Source: a virus
Lineage: Duplodnaviria; Caudoviricetes
DNA: 50,770 nucleotides
Strand: one strand, 5' to 3'
Virus record (IMG/VR): IMGVR_UViG_3300048839_000493
Location: 1 to 50,770 of that record
Both the position numbers and the translations under genes were made by a program. Below are positions 47,192-50,770 of this stretch, one piece after another (the stretch's first letter is position 1; each line of letters opens with the position of its first letter). The notes under the pieces are model-generated. The model was not told the DNA's origin. It ran no database searches and was given only the letters and a program-made list of their open reading frames with translations.

Positions 47192-48571
47192 ATGAAGAAT
47201 ATTCTACAACTTTTTGAGCAGCGAGGATTCATCTACCGCAAAAAGGCATCCACCCTCGGCGGGGAATTCTCTGGCCCCTGCCCATGGTGCGGAGGCAAAG
47301 ATCGGTTTTCCATCCATCCAACCCGGGACCATTACGTTTGCCGGCAATGCCACAAGGCCGGTGATGCCATTGAATTCCTGAAAGATTACGCCAAACTGAC
47401 ATACCTTGAGGCATGTTCCGAGATCGGCATCCAGCCGTCACAAAAACCCAACGAGCGCTTGGATTACAGAGATATCACCAAGGACCAACAATCCGCAGCG
47501 TGGGAACCACGGGCTACCACGCCGCCACCGCTGACCTGGCAAAACAAGGCTGCGGCAGTCCTTTTCGAGTCCTTCAAATATATCATGTCTCCGGCTGGAA
47601 AACCCCATCGTGAATATCTCAATCAGAGAGGCATCGAGACAACAACGATAAAGGCCGCACGAATAGGCTACCACTTTGCACAATCGACATTCAGCGCTCA
47701 AGCGTGGGGGTATAGCCAGGAACATGAACAGGCCCTTAAAACGAAAATTTGGATACCTGAGGGATTTACCATCCCATACTTTAACGACAGTCTTCCGGTT
47801 AGGATTCGGATTCGCCAGGCTGACCCGGATGCCACCAGCCGGTTTATCGTTGTACCTGGATCATCAACCGGATTTTTCCATTATGATCAGCATTGCGGCG
47901 TCGCTCTTGACCCGGCGGACAAAAGGCCCTGGATTATCACCGAGTCGGAACTCGATGGGTGGCTTATCTATCAGACGGCAGGTGATATCATCAAAGTTTT
48001 TGCGATCGGCAACTCATCTGCACGTCCTGACCTGGAAACCCATCAAACGATTGCAGGGAAACCTGGATTGCTTAACCTGGACAATGACACTGCAGGCCGA
48101 AAAGAACTGCAATGGTGGGGACAGCATTACCCCCTGACCCGGCCATGGTTGTCAGTTGTCGGGAAAGACCCTGGAGAGGATTTTCAGGCGGGAATCGACA
48201 TCCGAGAATGGGTGCAGCAAGGCATTCAACATTTGCGTGATCGTGGGTATCTATCGGCACAATCATCAGTTCAAAATGGCACATTACAAAATATCCGTGA
48301 ATCAATATCAATTGAAAATCCAAAAGTAACAATTCAAGCAAATACAAAACAAAATATTGTCGAAAAACCAACACACGAAGACAATCAAACAATCAATTCA
48401 AAAAATTGCATTCATGGTCACTATTGCAATCATCATAAAAGCGGCTGCTGTTTAATACTTGGTGGGTCTGTTTTCGAAATCGATGAGTGTCCAAAGGAAT
48501 ATTGGTATCGATATCAAACTAATGAATTTTGTAATCAAATAGTTTTAGGCGTTGATTTTAAAAAAAAGTAA
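47192..48571 (+). CDS. DNA primase (Zn finger plus Toprim-like)
   Basis: GPCPWCGGKDRF...CRQC..GDAI, YL..RGI, ITESELD, LDND.AG and KDPG. Confidence 0.85.
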   Translation: MKNILQLFEQRGFIYRKKASTLGGEFSGPCPWCGGKDRFSIHPTRDHYVCRQCHKAGDAIEFLKDYAKLTYLEACSEIGIQPSQKPNERLDYRDITKDQQSAAWEPRATTPPPLTWQNKAAAVLFESFKYIMSPAGKPHREYLNQRGIETTTIKAARIGYHFAQSTFSAQAWGYSQEHEQALKTKIWIPEGFTIPYFNDSLPVRIRIRQADPDATSRFIVVPGSSTGFFHYDQHCGVALDPADKRPWIITESELDGWLIYQTAGDIIKVFAIGNSSARPDLETHQTIAGKPGLLNLDNDTAGRKELQWWGQHYPLTRPWLSVVGKDPGEDFQAGIDIREWVQQGIQHLRDRGYLSAQSSVQNGTLQNIRESISIENPKVTIQANTKQNIVEKPTHEDNQTINSKNCIHGHYCNHHKSGCCLILGGSVFEIDECPKEYWYRYQTNEFCNQIVLGVDFKKK

Positions 48572-48594
48572 CACATCAACAACATGGAGGCTGT

Positions 48595-48828
48595 ATGCAC
48601 TGCAAAAAACTAAGAGCAACCATCACCAACCATCAATGCGGCATCAACCACCTCCGCGCCCAATCCGTCCGATCCTCCCCGGAATACATCGGGTGCAAGG
48701 AGTGTCAGACCGGCAAGCTGAACGCACGGGCGAACGGGATAACCAGGGTGCCGGATGTGGTTTATCAACCGGCATGGGTGAGGGCGATGTGGAGGATTGA
48801 ACAGAGTTATAGAATGGGGGTGGTATGA
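48595..48828 (+). CDS. Small Cys-rich protein
   Basis: GGAGG RBS; C..L.A.I...QC...C..C..G. Confidence 0.5.
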   Translation: MHCKKLRATITNHQCGINHLRAQSVRSSPEYIGCKECQTGKLNARANGITRVPDVVYQPAWVRAMWRIEQSYRMGVV

Positions 48829-49238
48829 TGGGATTTCCGGAGTGTGGTCAGGATGGATGTGGGTTTCGGGCGGGGGTAGAATGCATCATGGGGACGGCTT
48901 GCGGAGCCTGGACCCCGCCGTACGATCCCGGCGCGGAGGGAGATGCCAAACCCAAGCGCCGTGGTGAATGCCTGGAGAAGGCCCTCGACGTGATCAACGG
49001 TGAACGGCAAGACTCGTATGGAAACCCGGAGGACAGTTTCGGAACCATTGGTGAATTTCTGACAACACATCTAAAGGCCAAGGGCAAGTTGAAACCAGGT
49101 GAAGAGATAACAGCCCTCGATGTCGCTGAGATGATGGCCCTGTTCAAAATAGGTAGGATGTCCGGGCAGAAAACAACCAAGGACAACTACATTGATTGCG
49201 CCGGGTACATCGGTATAGCGGGGGATATGGTATCATGA
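48825..49238 (+). CDS. DUF6378-like protein
   Basis: INGERQ..YG.PEDSF..I...M.L.KI.R......DNY.D.AGY. Confidence 0.75.
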   Translation: MMGFPECGQDGCGFRAGVECIMGTACGAWTPPYDPGAEGDAKPKRRGECLEKALDVINGERQDSYGNPEDSFGTIGEFLTTHLKAKGKLKPGEEITALDVAEMMALFKIGRMSGQKTTKDNYIDCAGYIGIAGDMVS

Positions 49239-49399
49239 TCACATTTAAAGACCGTACTTTCTGCCCATTCCACACACAATGCCATGACGGCTCAGACTGC
49301 CCCCGGGCGCTGACGCCGTTCGTTGTTTATGAGGCGGGGCTTGTTGGGCTTTCTATTTGTCAATTTGCTGAAAAACCGGATTGTTACAATGGAGACTGA
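49235..49399 (+). CDS. Small Cys-rich protein
   Basis: MITFKDRTFC.F...C....C.RALT; ATGA coupling. Confidence 0.5.
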   Translation: MITFKDRTFCPFHTQCHDGSDCPRALTPFVVYEAGLVGLSICQFAEKPDCYNGD

Positions 49400-49584
49400 G
49401 ATATGTACATGCGGCAGGATCATGCAGTGGTGCAACTATTTTCGAGGGTGGCGTTGCGACTGTGGAGAGCGGCGATTCTGCGACCAGCCAGAGCTTGCGC
49501 GGTCGCGGTCGGGTTTGCCCTGGGCGTTGTCGGGATCGCGGCGGCGTATGCCGGGTACAGACTCACCGAGTGGGGGACGAGGCA

Positions 49585-49824
49585 ATGATTAAATGCACAG
49601 AGTGTCAGGCGGATTGTGTCAGGACGAAGGAGTGCGTTGACCACAACTACAAAGATTTCTCGACTCGGTCGTCGTGGGATGCGGCAAAGCTCAAGCGCAA
49701 GATGGGAAGACGCGACGGAGGGGACCGCAGGACTTTCCAGTATGCGGTTGTAATCGACCGGAGACAGGCCGACCGTAGGACCACGGACCGGAGGGGCAAG
49801 ATGAGGTGGAGGGATGCAAGGTGA
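49585..49824 (+). CDS. Small Zn-binding protein with Arg-rich DRR repeats
   Basis: CTEC..C....C followed by GRRDGGDRRTFQYAVVIDRRQADRRTTDRR. Confidence 0.55.
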   Translation: MIKCTECQADCVRTKECVDHNYKDFSTRSSWDAAKLKRKMGRRDGGDRRTFQYAVVIDRRQADRRTTDRRGKMRWRDAR

Positions 49825-50723
49825 CTGTCGATGTAGAAATGTGTGAAAGATGTGGAAGACCAAAGGTAAGTGAAAAAAAGAGTTACAAAGGTCGTAAAGT
49901 TTGCGGTTATTGTATTTCTTCATTTCAAAATATCGGCAAACACACAAGAAACCTACCTGTTCCAAAGAGACTTGATGTTTTTAAATACATGAACAATGTG
50001 GTGGAAAATTGCAAAGCAAAATCAATAATTTGTTGCGATTGCGGCTTTATACTGCCGCTTGATGAATTTTATTTTCAGAGAGATAAAAAGAGAATAGATG
50101 GATTTAGGCATGTATGCAAGAAATGCAGGGGGGTTGGTTTCCAAACAGTTCATCTAAAATATAGCAAAGAAGACCACTTGATGGTAAAAAACAAGTGTAG
50201 GCATGGCCCGGTTTCTTTTTCTACTTACAGCGAAAAATTAAAATATGCAGAAAAAGTATATTGTGGAGAAAACGGTCTTTTGCTTGTTAGATGTAAATAT
50301 TGTGACAGGCGTTTTAATCCAAAAAGGTTAAGCGTTGAGTCAAGGATTAGATCACTTATGGGTCAAATACAGGGTGAAAATTCATTTTATTGTTCTGAAG
50401 GGTGCAAAAGATCATGCCCCACATTTAATACAAGAACCAAAGAAAGAACTTATAAAAAGAACTCCTCTCGAGAGGCCAACCCAGAACTTAGGAAAATTGT
50501 TTTAAAACGAGATGGCTACAAGTGCACAAAATGTGGCGCTAAATCTAAAAAAACAATACTACATTGTCATCATGTAATGCCAGCTAAATCAGATCCGATG
50601 CTGGCCAATGACCCTGACAACTGTATCACTGTTTGCAAACAATGCCATCAAAATATCCATGGCTCTGATGGATGTAAGTACAGTGATCTTAGGGGTTGTG
50701 CATCACATGATGCCTACCTATAA
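49806..50723 (+). CDS. HNH endonuclease with multiple Zn motifs
   Basis: LKRDGYKC..CG.....HCHH............NCITVC..CH..IH; directly upstream of cos/terS. Confidence 0.85.
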   Translation: MEGCKVTVDVEMCERCGRPKVSEKKSYKGRKVCGYCISSFQNIGKHTRNLPVPKRLDVFKYMNNVVENCKAKSIICCDCGFILPLDEFYFQRDKKRIDGFRHVCKKCRGVGFQTVHLKYSKEDHLMVKNKCRHGPVSFSTYSEKLKYAEKVYCGENGLLLVRCKYCDRRFNPKRLSVESRIRSLMGQIQGENSFYCSEGCKRSCPTFNTRTKERTYKKNSSREANPELRKIVLKRDGYKCTKCGAKSKKTILHCHHVMPAKSDPMLANDPDNCITVCKQCHQNIHGSDGCKYSDLRGCASHDAYL

Positions 50724-50729
50724 ATCAAT

Positions 50730-50770
50730 GGGTCCCTTCCAGGGGCAAAAAGCTAAACGGATCGGCAAAG
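50730..50770 (+). promoter_or_regulatory. Lambda-like cosQ/cosN packaging region (continues into 1-30)
   Basis: GGGTCCC-TTCC...ACG|GATCGGCAAAG|CGCGATTTTT parallels lambda GGGTCCT-TTCC...ACG|GGGCGGCGACCT|CGCGGGTTTT, with the same 23-nt spacing. Confidence 0.65.
50756..50770. repeat. Terminal direct repeat, right copy
   Basis: Identical to 1-15. Confidence 0.9.

Noticed and set aside
1-50770. tRNA genes or alternative genetic code
   Set aside because: I found no cloverleaf with a T-loop in intergenic regions, and genes end in TAA, TAG and TGA with normal coupling.

Overview
The window is an apparently complete ~50.75-kb tailed dsDNA phage genome with a siphovirus-like layout. The last 15 nt repeat the first 15 nt, and a lambda-like cos region spans that junction. 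A rightward late operon (77-26860) encodes lambda-type terminase and portal, a protease with nested scaffold, a Mu gpT-like capsid, neck and tail genes with a GGGAAAG chaperone frameshift, and a tape measure. It continues with a tail-tip protein ending in a LapG/BTLCP-like cysteine-protease domain, fibre-like genes (three consecutive ones carry Sec-type signal peptides), lysis genes and a metallophosphoesterase. A hairpin- and pseudoknot-rich non-coding zone follows (~26890-27575). A leftward accessory operon (37426-28170) carries a pentapeptide-repeat protein, an AT-rich IbrB-X-IbrA (ParB-like plus PAPS-reductase-like) cassette, an ASCH-like protein, an RNA-ligase-like protein and many mini-genes joined by duplicated linkers. 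From a divergent promoter pair, a rightward recombination/replication operon encodes an HTH protein, exonucleases, a split RecD2, an ERCC4 nuclease, an SF3 helicase, an iteron origin, a primase and an HNH nuclease. I see no integrase, CI-type repressor, tRNA, CRISPR array or reverse transcriptase. Family assignments come from motif recognition by eye, not from database searches.
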